Assembly (NCBI GenBank): GCA_963850305.1
Contig: CAWKKR010000008.1
Coordinates: 224,001 to 288,000, forward strand
Direction of reading: 5' to 3'
DNA: 64,000 nucleotides
DNA from: an uncultured delta proteobacterium
GTDB taxonomy: Bacteria; Myxococcota_A; Polyangia; Polyangiales; Polyangiaceae
The translations under genes were made by a program, and so were the position numbers. The number at the start of each line of letters is the position of its first letter. Position 1 is the stretch's first letter. Shown piece by piece: positions 1-8,738 of the stretch. Below the pieces are notes generated by a model. It was not told the origin of the DNA and ran no database searches. It worked only from the letters and a program-made list of their open reading frames with translations.

Positions 1-253
1 CCAGGATGCGAACGGCCTTTGCCGGACCGATCCCGCGCCTCGTCGCGAGACCGTGTCCGCCTTGACGGAGCAGGCCCCCGATTCCGCCGCTGGTGTCCAG
101 GATCCGCGATGCGACGCCGACGGCCGACTCCCCTTCAGCGCCCGTTCCGATGAGCAGTGCGAGCAGGTCCGCATCTGCAAAGCCGTCCAGGCCGTGCAGG
201 AGTGCGCGCTCGCGCAATCTGGGTTTGGGGCGCTCTTCCTCGGCGGGCACCAT
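1..253 (-). CDS. radC: RadC family (JAB/MPN) protein, N-terminal part; runs off the window edge
   Basis: Hand translation from ATG 253: MVPAEEERPKPRLRERALLHGLDGFADADLLALLIGTG...RGIGPAKAVRIL. This matches the RadC N-terminal PRERLL..G...L.DAELLAILLGTG pattern and the HhH GIGPAKA motif. Not in the ORF track because it has no stop in the window. Confidence 0.85.
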   Translation of the reverse strand, partial: MVPAEEERPKPRLRERALLHGLDGFADADLLALLIGTGAEGESAVGVASRILDTSGGIGGLLRQGGHGLATRRGIGPAKAVRIL

Positions 254-267
254 CTGTGTGGGGACGT

Positions 268-283
268 TGCACGCTCCGTACCG
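268..283 (-). promoter_or_regulatory. Putative sigma54 (-24/-12) promoter upstream of radC
   Basis: Minus strand CGGTACGGAGCGTGCA gives GG-N10-GC, resembling TGGCACG-N4-TTGC, about 15 nt upstream of the ATG. Confidence 0.4.
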
Positions 284-386
284 GCGCGTTTCGCCGCGTC
301 ACGCCCGCGCACCCGGACTGGCGACCGCGAAGGTCGCCGGGCGTTCGCCAGGAGCCCCGCGCCGGAGACGCCGGACCTCGCAGACG

Positions 387-1133
387 CTACTCGACGGCCT
401 GGGGTTCGCCCTCGGGCAGCAGCGAGACGAACTCCCGGACGGCCGCGTCCGCCTTGGCCGCGTCCGTCGCGTCGAAGGTGATCTTGGTCTTGTATCGCGG
501 CTCGAACCACTTCGGATACGAACCGACATCGACGTCCGGGTGATGCGTCACCACGCGATCGAGGAGCGGCTTGAGATCCGGCTCGTCCATCTTGGTGAGC
601 ACCTGTCGCGTGACGAAGCGCACCGTGCCGCGGACACGGTCGCGCACGACGGCGAGCTTCATCCGAAACGCTTCGGGGACGCCGGGGAGTACCCAGACGT
701 TTTTCATGAGCACGGTCGGCCAGCGCGTTTCCTCGTGGCTCACGAGCTCCGCGCCTTCGGGGACGAGGGCCATCCGAAGGTGTCCGTCCGTCATGCGCTC
801 ACCATAGACCGCATGCAGCAACCGCTCGAACTCCGGGTGCACGACGGCGCGAACGCCGAACGCGCGCGCGACGGCCTCGAGCGTGATATCGTCGTGAGTC
901 GGCCCCACGCCACCGCTCGTGAAGACGACGTCATAGGCGTCCGAAAGGGCGCGGACCTCGTTCGCAATGACGTCCATCTCGTCGGGCACCATCACGACGC
1001 GGCGGAGCCTCACTCCGACTGCGCGCAGCGTCCGCGCGAGCTCGACCAGGTTCGCTTCGTGGACCTTGCCCGTCAGAAGCTCGTTGCCGACGAGGAGCGC
1101 CGCGGCGGTGTTCACCGGCTCCGGCATCGTCAC
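387..1133 (-). CDS. CinA-like molybdopterin-binding domain protein
   Basis: LVGNELLTGKVHEAN, VFTSGGVGPTHDDIT and VLPGVP motifs. Confidence 0.9.
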   Translation of the reverse strand: MTMPEPVNTAAALLVGNELLTGKVHEANLVELARTLRAVGVRLRRVVMVPDEMDVIANEVRALSDAYDVVFTSGGVGPTHDDITLEAVARAFGVRAVVHPEFERLLHAVYGERMTDGHLRMALVPEGAELVSHEETRWPTVLMKNVWVLPGVPEAFRMKLAVVRDRVRGTVRFVTRQVLTKMDEPDLKPLLDRVVTHHPDVDVGSYPKWFEPRYKTKITFDATDAAKADAAVREFVSLLPEGEPQAVE

Positions 1134-1408
1134 TCGACGTCCAGCTCGCGGACCACGGGGTTTCCGTCAGCGTCGACCGCCAGCAGCTCTTCGACTCGCT
1201 TTTCCGCCCGGTCGAGCGTGCCCTGAGACGACCGCGCGAGCTTCACCCCCTCCTCGAAGAGTGCGAGCGACTCCTCGAGCGGCAACTCGCCGCTCTCGAG
1301 GCTCTCGACGATCTCTCCGAGCCGGCGGATGGAGTCCTCGAAGGATGGCGACGCTTTGTCGGGCGCGCCCTTCGAGACGGGGTCGGAAGCTTGGGGCGCT
1401 CGTCTCAT
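1130..1408 (-). CDS. xseB: Exodeoxyribonuclease VII small subunit
   Basis: SFEDSIRRLGEIVESLESGELPLEESLALFEEGVKLAR; ATG 1408 overlaps the upstream stop (ATGA). Confidence 0.93.
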   Translation of the reverse strand: MRRAPQASDPVSKGAPDKASPSFEDSIRRLGEIVESLESGELPLEESLALFEEGVKLARSSQGTLDRAEKRVEELLAVDADGNPVVRELDVE

Positions 1409-3417
1409 CGGGGTCGACCTTTCGAGACAGGTTTGTCGGCCTGGCGTGCGAGTGCAACCCGAACAGCGATGGGGCCTCGCGGCAGGCCCGGCGCGACCGC
1501 AAGGCCGTCGGGCCCGGTCGCAAGCGGCAGCACGAGGCCACCCGGTACCAGCACGTCGAAGGTCGGGGCTCCGGGACTCCCCTTGCGGTCTCCCGCTTCC
1601 GGAAGCCACAGGACCTGATCGCCGGTCGCGAGCGGCGGCAATCGTTCGCCGGACAGGGCGCGGCGAGCGACGGTGCGCACCGTCTCGTCGGTATCGAACG
1701 TCGCGGCAAAGTTCAGCACGCGCGTTCGGGGAGACTCGGAGCGCATCGACAGGGCACGGACGATCGCCGCGCGGACGTCCGGGTCCGTTTCGAAGCGGTA
1801 CGCGCTCTCGAGCCGTCCGATGGCATCGGCATCCGGACTTCGCCCGAGCCCGAGAGCCGCGTGCGCTCGGATGAAAGGGTCGCTGCTCTTCAGGAGCGCG
1901 TCGACGGTGTCGCGTGATTCCGGTTCGTCGCGTGCCGCAACCGCCCGCGCGGCGAGCGCGGCTCCCGGACCGCCCGCGTCGATCAAGGCCATCAGCGCGG
2001 CGTTCGTGGCCACGTCCTCCGCCTCCGGAAGGACGAGCGCGAGCGCGAGCGCATCGCGCGTGGCGCCGCTCGTGTCAGACAATCGCCGGGCGGCGTCCAC
2101 GGCCGCGCTCGCGGGCGCGACGAGGAGGCACGCCGCGGCGCCCTGGACGACGCTCTCGTCCGGGGACGACAGAAGCTCCGCAACACGAGCGGGGTGGATG
2201 GCCGCGAGCACCGCGGCTCCCGCGGCCCGGTCCGTCGGGTCGCTGCTCGCGGCGAGATTCGCCGCGACGATGTCCAGGTGGGACAAGGTCTCGCCCGTGA
2301 CGGCGCGACGCACGACGCCGGCGCGCGCCGCGAGTCGCCGCGTCGCGGGCGCTTCGAGTGCCCGCTCGAGGGCGCGGGTTGCACCGTCGTCGTGCATCCT
2401 GGCAAGCGCGTTCGCGGCGAACGGGCCTTCCCTCGGATCCGTCAGGAGCGACGTCAGGGTGCGAATTGCGGCCGTCCCGCCTGCCCGACCCAGTGCTGTT
2501 ACCAGCTCGGTCGCCCGATCGCCGGTGGCCGTCGGGAGAAGCCGCGACATTTCGTCGGCGAGGGCCGGCGAGGGGTACCCGAGCGCGAGGGTCGCCCCGG
2601 CGCTCGACGTGCTGGGATCCCGAAGGAGCGCGCCAATCGCGTCGGCTGCTTCGGGGGCGTGAGCGAGCGCGAAGATCGTCGCAGCCGCCAGGCGGAGCGG
2701 AGTGGGTTCGCTCGGCTCGCGCCAGCGCCGCGCGACCTGGACGGTCTCGAAATCGCCGAGGTGCGTGAGCGCGATTGCCGCCTGAGCGGCGAGCTCGGGT
2801 GGGGTCGTCCGGACGATGTCGCGGAGGATGGTGAATGCGCGCTGATCGCCGAGCTCATCCAGGGCGGCGACGAGGCCGGAGCTCACGACACGGGCGCCGT
2901 CCACGACGGGCGCGAGCGTGCGGGGGGGATACGCGAGGAGCGCGGCGAGCGCGACGTGGACTTCGCGGTCATTGCCCTCGAGCGCCTTCCCGAGGGCGGC
3001 GAGCGCGTCGGGCGTTCCCGCACGTGCGAGTCCGACCGCAGCCGTCGCTTGCGCGAGCTGGTCCAGCGCGTCGCGCGTCGTGGCGGTCACGGCATGGCCG
3101 CCGAGAACGCGGACCAGCGACCGGCGAGCGGTCGGCGAGTCCGTGCGCTCGACCAGAGCTCGCACCGCGACCAGGCGCTCCTCGGACGACACGGCTTTCG
3201 TGCCGGGTTCGAGCGTCGTGGTGAGTAGCTCGAGTGCGAGCGGCGTTCCTATCGAGCGGAGCCGTTCGAGCCCCTGGAGTCGATCCTCGAGCGAATCGGA
3301 CGCGAGAAGCAGCTCGGCAGCGTGGGTTCCGATGCGCGAACCGAGCGAGCCTCCGGCGCTCGCCGTCGCCGCGGCGAACATCACGATCGCCGTCAGGGAG
3401 CACGCGCGGCGATTCAC
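1405..3417 (-). CDS. Exported HEAT-repeat protein
   Basis: Signal-peptide-like N-terminus and repeated HEAT motifs (DPFIRAHAALGLG, DPDVRAAIVRAL); GTG 3417 overlaps the upstream TGA. Confidence 0.75.
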   Translation of the reverse strand: MNRRACSLTAIVMFAAATASAGGSLGSRIGTHAAELLLASDSLEDRLQGLERLRSIGTPLALELLTTTLEPGTKAVSSEERLVAVRALVERTDSPTARRSLVRVLGGHAVTATTRDALDQLAQATAAVGLARAGTPDALAALGKALEGNDREVHVALAALLAYPPRTLAPVVDGARVVSSGLVAALDELGDQRAFTILRDIVRTTPPELAAQAAIALTHLGDFETVQVARRWREPSEPTPLRLAAATIFALAHAPEAADAIGALLRDPSTSSAGATLALGYPSPALADEMSRLLPTATGDRATELVTALGRAGGTAAIRTLTSLLTDPREGPFAANALARMHDDGATRALERALEAPATRRLAARAGVVRRAVTGETLSHLDIVAANLAASSDPTDRAAGAAVLAAIHPARVAELLSSPDESVVQGAAACLLVAPASAAVDAARRLSDTSGATRDALALALVLPEAEDVATNAALMALIDAGGPGAALAARAVAARDEPESRDTVDALLKSSDPFIRAHAALGLGRSPDADAIGRLESAYRFETDPDVRAAIVRALSMRSESPRTRVLNFAATFDTDETVRTVARRALSGERLPPLATGDQVLWLPEAGDRKGSPGAPTFDVLVPGGLVLPLATGPDGLAVAPGLPRGPIAVRVALARQADKPVSKGRPR

Positions 3418-5303
3418 GGCGCGGCTTTCGGCGTCATCACGAGGACGCCGATCCCGCTCTGTTGCGCGCCGACGAGGTCTTTGACGGCGCCCCAACCCAA
3501 ACTTTCAACCGCTCGATCCCGATGAATCAATCTGCGGAGCGACGTTGCGATCGCGAAGGCCCGATTCAGGGACGTCTGGACTCCCTCGGGTGTGTTCGCG
3601 ACGGGGCGAACGCCAATGCCCGCGATCCACGTCGGGTGTTCATCGAGCATTTCGCCGAGCGCTCTCAGGGTCGGCAACGACGCGGGGTCGAGCGTGTCCC
3701 CGCGGAGCCGGAGCGGCATGCGGAACCGGAGCGTCGGGCCCGCCTTGCCTTCCGCCACGGTCAGCAAGGGGACGCCCTTCCTGTCTTCGGGGCAACCATC
3801 TTCGTCATCGACGCCGTTGAAGTTTTCCGCCGCCGCGGGGCACTTGTCGACCTTGTCGTCGAACGTGTCGCCATCGTGATCGAGATGGGGGCAGCCATTG
3901 AGCTCCGGAGACGGACTGGGCTCACCCCTTTGATTCGGACAGTGGTCTGCCGCGTCGAGGATGCCGTCGCCATCGTTGTCCGGATCGGGACAGCCATCGC
4001 GGTCGCGGAAGCCGTCGCGATCCTCCGGCAAGTTGGGGCACGAGTCCTGCTTGCCGACCACGCCGTCGTGATCCGGATCGGGATCGGGGCACCCGGCGTG
4101 CGGGCCGGTCGGTGGCCCCTTCTCGTTCGGACACCTGTCTACCGCGTCGAGGATGCCGTCGCCATCGTTGTCGGGGTCGGGACAGCCGTCGTCGTCCTGA
4201 AAACCGTCCGTGTCTTCTTTCTCGGTGGGGCAACGATCGCTGTCGTCCGGAACGCCGTCGTCGTCGTTGTCGAAATCCGGGCAACCGTCCTGGTCCTGGA
4301 ATCCATCTCGGTCTTCCGGGAGCTCGGGGCACTGATCGGCGTCGTCCTCGATGCCGTCGCCATCGGCATCCTCGAAGCGCGGCGCGTAGTCGAGAGCGAC
4401 CACGGGTCGCACGAGTGGATCTCCGATGGCGCGATTGATCGGGAACTCCGCGCCGAACAGCGCGGACCAGCTCTTCACGAGATAGCGCGCCGACAGCGCG
4501 CCGAGAACCGGGGACTGCGGGCCCGCGGCGAAGCTCGGCGTGAGAGCGACGGCGCCGTGGGCCTCGGCCGTCCAGCGCCAGTGTCCTCCTCGATCCATGC
4601 CCAAGGCCTGGGGGCGAACGGTGACGCCCGCGCCCCAGGGAAGATCGTCACCGAAACGGGAAGTGTCGGTCCCATCGTGTACCCAGGTTTCTTCGGCGCC
4701 CCGCAGGTGAAAGCCCGCCGCGGCGCGGACCGTGACGGCGAGGAGATCCAGCTCGCCGAGCGCGCGGAGATCGGCGCTCACGACGCGGTCGCTGACGTAC
4801 GAACGCGAGTTCGTCGGAATGTACACGCGTCCGATCGCAGCGACCCCTAGACCGCCGAAGTTCGAGGGCGAAAGGATCGTCTTCTTTCCTTCGAGGGCGA
4901 TCGAACCGATCGCGGTGTGTGGAAGCGGAGTGCTGCCGGGAAGGAGCGCCGTCACGTCGTTGCCGGTCTGGTAGACGACGGTCGGCACCACGAGCGAGAC
5001 GCCCCAGGTTTTCCCGAGCCCGACGTTCGCGTAGTAATCGATCGAGAACTGGTGTTCTATGACGCGACCAGCCACGTTGCCACTGGGTGCGTCGAGAACG
5101 ACCGGCGAGAGCGCATACGACGCATACGCACCGACATTGGCGTTTCCGGGTCCCGGTGTAGCCGCGGGTTCGACATAGAGGAATCCGCCGGGATCCGTCG
5201 GCGGATGAAAGGCGCGCAGGTCGAGCGAGGGCACGGGATCCGCCGCGATCGCAGAGCCGCCGCTCGTCAGTACGACGCCGAGGAGCCATCCGCGAAGGCG
5301 CAT
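3414..5303 (-). CDS. Outer-membrane protein: beta-barrel-like N-terminus, thrombospondin type-3 repeats, degenerate OmpA-like C-terminus
   Basis: Signal peptide MRLRGWLLGVVL; many DxDxDG..D..D.CP and EDxDGFQDxDGCP repeats; C-terminal TSLNRAFAI..GWG. Confidence 0.82.
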   Translation of the reverse strand: MRLRGWLLGVVLTSGGSAIAADPVPSLDLRAFHPPTDPGGFLYVEPAATPGPGNANVGAYASYALSPVVLDAPSGNVAGRVIEHQFSIDYYANVGLGKTWGVSLVVPTVVYQTGNDVTALLPGSTPLPHTAIGSIALEGKKTILSPSNFGGLGVAAIGRVYIPTNSRSYVSDRVVSADLRALGELDLLAVTVRAAAGFHLRGAEETWVHDGTDTSRFGDDLPWGAGVTVRPQALGMDRGGHWRWTAEAHGAVALTPSFAAGPQSPVLGALSARYLVKSWSALFGAEFPINRAIGDPLVRPVVALDYAPRFEDADGDGIEDDADQCPELPEDRDGFQDQDGCPDFDNDDDGVPDDSDRCPTEKEDTDGFQDDDGCPDPDNDGDGILDAVDRCPNEKGPPTGPHAGCPDPDPDHDGVVGKQDSCPNLPEDRDGFRDRDGCPDPDNDGDGILDAADHCPNQRGEPSPSPELNGCPHLDHDGDTFDDKVDKCPAAAENFNGVDDEDGCPEDRKGVPLLTVAEGKAGPTLRFRMPLRLRGDTLDPASLPTLRALGEMLDEHPTWIAGIGVRPVANTPEGVQTSLNRAFAIATSLRRLIHRDRAVESLGWGAVKDLVGAQQSGIGVLVMTPKAAP

Positions 5304-5447
5304 CGCGTGACAGTACAGCGAAACGAGATTTGGCCCACACCGCATTCGGCGGGTCGCGCCTGCCAACCTCGGACTTCGGTTACGAACAGGGGGAGAGGTT
5401 CATTCGCTCGAACGCGTCGGATCGCGTGTGACGAAGGACGCATCGAT

Positions 5448-5726
5448 TCATCGCGCGAGTGTCGTCGGCGAGACGCCACGTAAACAGATCGCCACGACCA
5501 GGATCTGCAACCCGGCTCCCCAGAGGATGCCCGAACGCGTCGATGGCTTGCTGCGACGGTAGACGAGCGCGACCAGCAGGAGGCCACCCACCACGCCCAT
5601 CAGCACGCCGAGCAGGAAACTGCCTCGGTCCGTCTCCTCCGCCGAGGGGCGAGCCCCGGCGTTCGCGGGAACGTCGACGGCAAGGGGCGCTGCGACGACA
5701 TCCTCGTCCTGGTCGGTGTCGGCCAT
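5448..5726 (-). CDS. Small membrane protein
   Basis: 92 aa with two hydrophobic segments. Confidence 0.55.
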   Translation of the reverse strand: MADTDQDEDVVAAPLAVDVPANAGARPSAEETDRGSFLLGVLMGVVGGLLLVALVYRRSKPSTRSGILWGAGLQILVVAICLRGVSPTTLAR

Positions 5727-5826
5727 CGTCGCGAGAAGAGTACCCCAGGTGGGGCCCCGTTCAGTCGCGTAGCGAGCTGCGGGGGCGGGTACGCCCCCTT
5801 GGCAATAGTGCTACCCTCGCCGGTCG

Positions 5827-6639
5827 ATGAGTCTGAGAGACACTCTGATCTTCGCGGCGCTCGCCATGATGGTGAGCAGCGCCCGCGCGGCACCGCCGAA
5901 TAGAGGCGGTTCCAGAGCACATGGCCGTGCCAGGTCGCCGAAGGCGGCGACGCCCCCGGACGAGAACCCGTACGCCGACGCTCTGGCGACACCGCCTGCT
6001 CCGGCAACCGCCCCGTCTGCGGCCGCAAATGCGGCTCCCTCCGCGGACGCCACCGCGTCGACTTCGTCCGGTGACGCGAAGCTCGATGCGCCGCCGCCGG
6101 CGCAGACTGCGGCGCAAACGGGCCCGAAGCCGTCTCCGCTGAACCCCGAGCCACCGGAGTCGCCGGGCGTCGCACCGCCTCGGAGCGCCGCGTCGCTGGA
6201 CCAGTTGATCTCCGACGTCGCCGCGCTGCGTGCTCGCGTCGCCGCTCTCACGACGTCCCTCTTTTCGAGCAAGCTCAAGATTTACGTTCACGCGGACGGC
6301 GACGACGCGCGCGTGCAGTCCTTCGTCGTCACGCTCGACGACGGTGTCGTCTTTCACGGGGACACCGGGTTCACCGCGGACGACGAGAAGGTCGTTTACG
6401 AGCACGCGGTCGCGCCGGGCAATCACGTTGTCGGCATCCAGATCGAACGCGCGGACGCCCGCGGGGCCGCGTTCAAGACGTGGCAGACGACCCGATTTTC
6501 GATCCAGGTACCCGAACGCAAAGAGCTCGAGGCGATCGTCGTGGTGACGGACGACTCGAACATGGCGAAGGACTTTCCCGGCGACCAGGACGGGAAATAC
6601 CAGCTCTCCATCCGTCTTCGCGCCAAGGTCGCCGAGTAA
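5827..6639 (+). CDS. Secreted protein: Pro/Ala linker, short coiled coil, beta-sandwich domain; first gene of the TPR operon
   Basis: Signal peptide; LDQLISDVAALRARVAAL coiled coil; beta-rich C-terminus; TAA overlaps the next ATG (TAATG). Confidence 0.75.
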   Translation: MSLRDTLIFAALAMMVSSARAAPPNRGGSRAHGRARSPKAATPPDENPYADALATPPAPATAPSAAANAAPSADATASTSSGDAKLDAPPPAQTAAQTGPKPSPLNPEPPESPGVAPPRSAASLDQLISDVAALRARVAALTTSLFSSKLKIYVHADGDDARVQSFVVTLDDGVVFHGDTGFTADDEKVVYEHAVAPGNHVVGIQIERADARGAAFKTWQTTRFSIQVPERKELEAIVVVTDDSNMAKDFPGDQDGKYQLSIRLRAKVAE

Positions 6640-8738
6640 TGAAGTCGGGAGCCGCGCTGCTCGCGCTCGTGCTCGTCGGTGCCTCGCCGCCCGACAACGC
6701 GTTCGGCCAGACCGAAACGTCGACTCCGCCCGCTGCTCCCGCGCCTGCGACCAGCCAGGCGCCGACGTCGCAGGTCCAGCTCGCGCCGCAGGAGATCGGG
6801 CCGTCGCCGCCGCGCGCCGCGCCATCCTCCGGGGCCGCGTCCGGGGTGTCGCAGCCCGCAGTGACGACTCCGGTTGCGCCGGAGACGCCGGCCACGCTCG
6901 CGTCCGCCATGGCCGCCTACGACGCCGCGCTGGCCCAGGAGAAGCTCGGAGCATCGGAGCCACTCTCGCTCGATCGTCTGCGGGGGGCGCTCGGTGACGC
7001 GGAACAGAAGCTCGCTGCGGGTCGTCGGGACGAGGCGATCGGCGATCTCGTTTACCTCGTGGAGTCCCCCCGGTTCGATGCGTTCCGTTCCTTCGATGAA
7101 GGCCGGAATGCCATCTTTCTGCTCGGTGACGCGCTCGGTCGCGCCGCCGCGACGCTTCCTTCGCGCGCTTACCTCGTTCCCTTGATCGCCAGGAATCCGC
7201 CCGACGTCTGGGCGCGAAGGGCCGTGAGGAGCCTCGTCGACTTCGGGCTCGACAGCGACCACCCCGAGGCGTTCCTGGCGGACCTGACGAAGATCCCCCC
7301 GGGCGCGCCGGAAGAGGTCACGAGCGACGTCGCGTACCTCGCGGGTCGAACGGCGGAGCGCGCCGGCAAGGATGATGACGCCCTCGCGGCGTTCGCAACG
7401 GTCACTCCGCGTTCCCGATTCTGGGCGCAAGCGACGTATCTCTCCGGGCTCATCCAGGTCGGGCGCGGGCAGCTGAAGGCCGGCGAGAATCAGTTCTGCA
7501 AGGTAGCCGACGTGAAGCAGACGCCGCGCATGGCTCTCGCGTTCGGTGGCGGGGATTTCTTCGAGGTCCGGGATCTCGCACGCCTCGGCCTCGGCCGCGT
7601 GGCGCACGAACAGTTCCGCTTCGATGACTCGCGTTACTACTACTATCTCGTCCCGACCGACTCGGCGCACTTGCCCGAAGCGCTCTACGAGTCCGCGAAC
7701 TCGCGCTACGAGGCGAAGGATTATCGCGGTGCCCGCGAGTTGCTCGACGAGATGCGGTCGCGCGGAGATCCGTCGCGCTACGACGACGAGTTCTGGATCT
7801 TCGACGCCTACGTGGATCTCGCGCTCTGCGACTTTCCGAAGGCCGACGAGAAACTGAGGATGTTCATCGCGCGCTACGAGCCGGTGCGCGACGCCGCGCG
7901 GCGGATCGCGGCAGATCCCCACGCGCTCGCGGACCTGGTCTCGGCGGTGCGGGCCGGCGCGGATCCCGAAGCGCTCGCGACGCGAGCGGATGGGCCGGCG
8001 CTCGTCGCGCTCGGGGACGTGCTGCGCGCGGATCCCGATTACGGTCACACGACGCGCAAGCTCGCCGAGCTCGCCGAGCAAATGAGCGGCCTCACGCAGA
8101 CGATGGCCGCGCTCGACGACGCGAGGGCCCGGCTCGCGAGTACCAAGGACGTCCGTCCGCGGGCGGAAGGTACCGTTCGCGGCACCGGCGCCGAACGAGC
8201 GGCACTGCTCGATGCGGAACTCGCGGAAGTCCGCCGGTTGATCGGACGTCTGCGCGCGAGCGGACAGCACGCGGCGGAGCTCGACCAGCTCGAACCCCAG
8301 CTCGAAGCGCTCGAAGCGCGCGCGCACGACGCGGAGCTCGGCGAGCGCGAATCGCCGGCTGCAGCTCCGCCGGCGCAGGGCCTGGAGGAGCTGGTGGGAC
8401 GAGATCGCGAGCACGCCACGGCCTTGTACGGCGACGCCGAACGCACCCGCGGGCAGCTCCTTGCCGCGCAGCTCGGCGTGGCGAAGGACGCGCTCGATCG
8501 GCTCGATCTCCGACTCTCTCGGCTGTTGCGTCGCGCGCGCCTCGGTCGCATCGAAACCGTCCTCGGAAAGAAGCGCGCGCTCACGGTGGAGATCGAGGCG
8601 CTCTCGGAGGGCTTCTTGCCGCAGGGAGCCGTCGACTCTCTCGACGCCGCGCGCTACCTGCGCGACGACGAGGAGTACTGGCCCTACGACGGGGAAGACT
8701 GGGCGGACGAATACGTGGGCGGAGAAGGTCTAGAGTGA
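6639..8738 (+). CDS. GltC-like exported TPR protein (gliding/Nfs-type envelope machinery)
   Basis: Signal peptide MKSGAALLALVLV; TPR helices; C-terminal EYWPYDGEDWADE, recalled as similar to the GltC tail. Confidence 0.68.
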   Translation: MKSGAALLALVLVGASPPDNAFGQTETSTPPAAPAPATSQAPTSQVQLAPQEIGPSPPRAAPSSGAASGVSQPAVTTPVAPETPATLASAMAAYDAALAQEKLGASEPLSLDRLRGALGDAEQKLAAGRRDEAIGDLVYLVESPRFDAFRSFDEGRNAIFLLGDALGRAAATLPSRAYLVPLIARNPPDVWARRAVRSLVDFGLDSDHPEAFLADLTKIPPGAPEEVTSDVAYLAGRTAERAGKDDDALAAFATVTPRSRFWAQATYLSGLIQVGRGQLKAGENQFCKVADVKQTPRMALAFGGGDFFEVRDLARLGLGRVAHEQFRFDDSRYYYYLVPTDSAHLPEALYESANSRYEAKDYRGARELLDEMRSRGDPSRYDDEFWIFDAYVDLALCDFPKADEKLRMFIARYEPVRDAARRIAADPHALADLVSAVRAGADPEALATRADGPALVALGDVLRADPDYGHTTRKLAELAEQMSGLTQTMAALDDARARLASTKDVRPRAEGTVRGTGAERAALLDAELAEVRRLIGRLRASGQHAAELDQLEPQLEALEARAHDAELGERESPAAAPPAQGLEELVGRDREHATALYGDAERTRGQLLAAQLGVAKDALDRLDLRLSRLLRRARLGRIETVLGKKRALTVEIEALSEGFLPQGAVDSLDAARYLRDDEEYWPYDGEDWADEYVGGEGLE

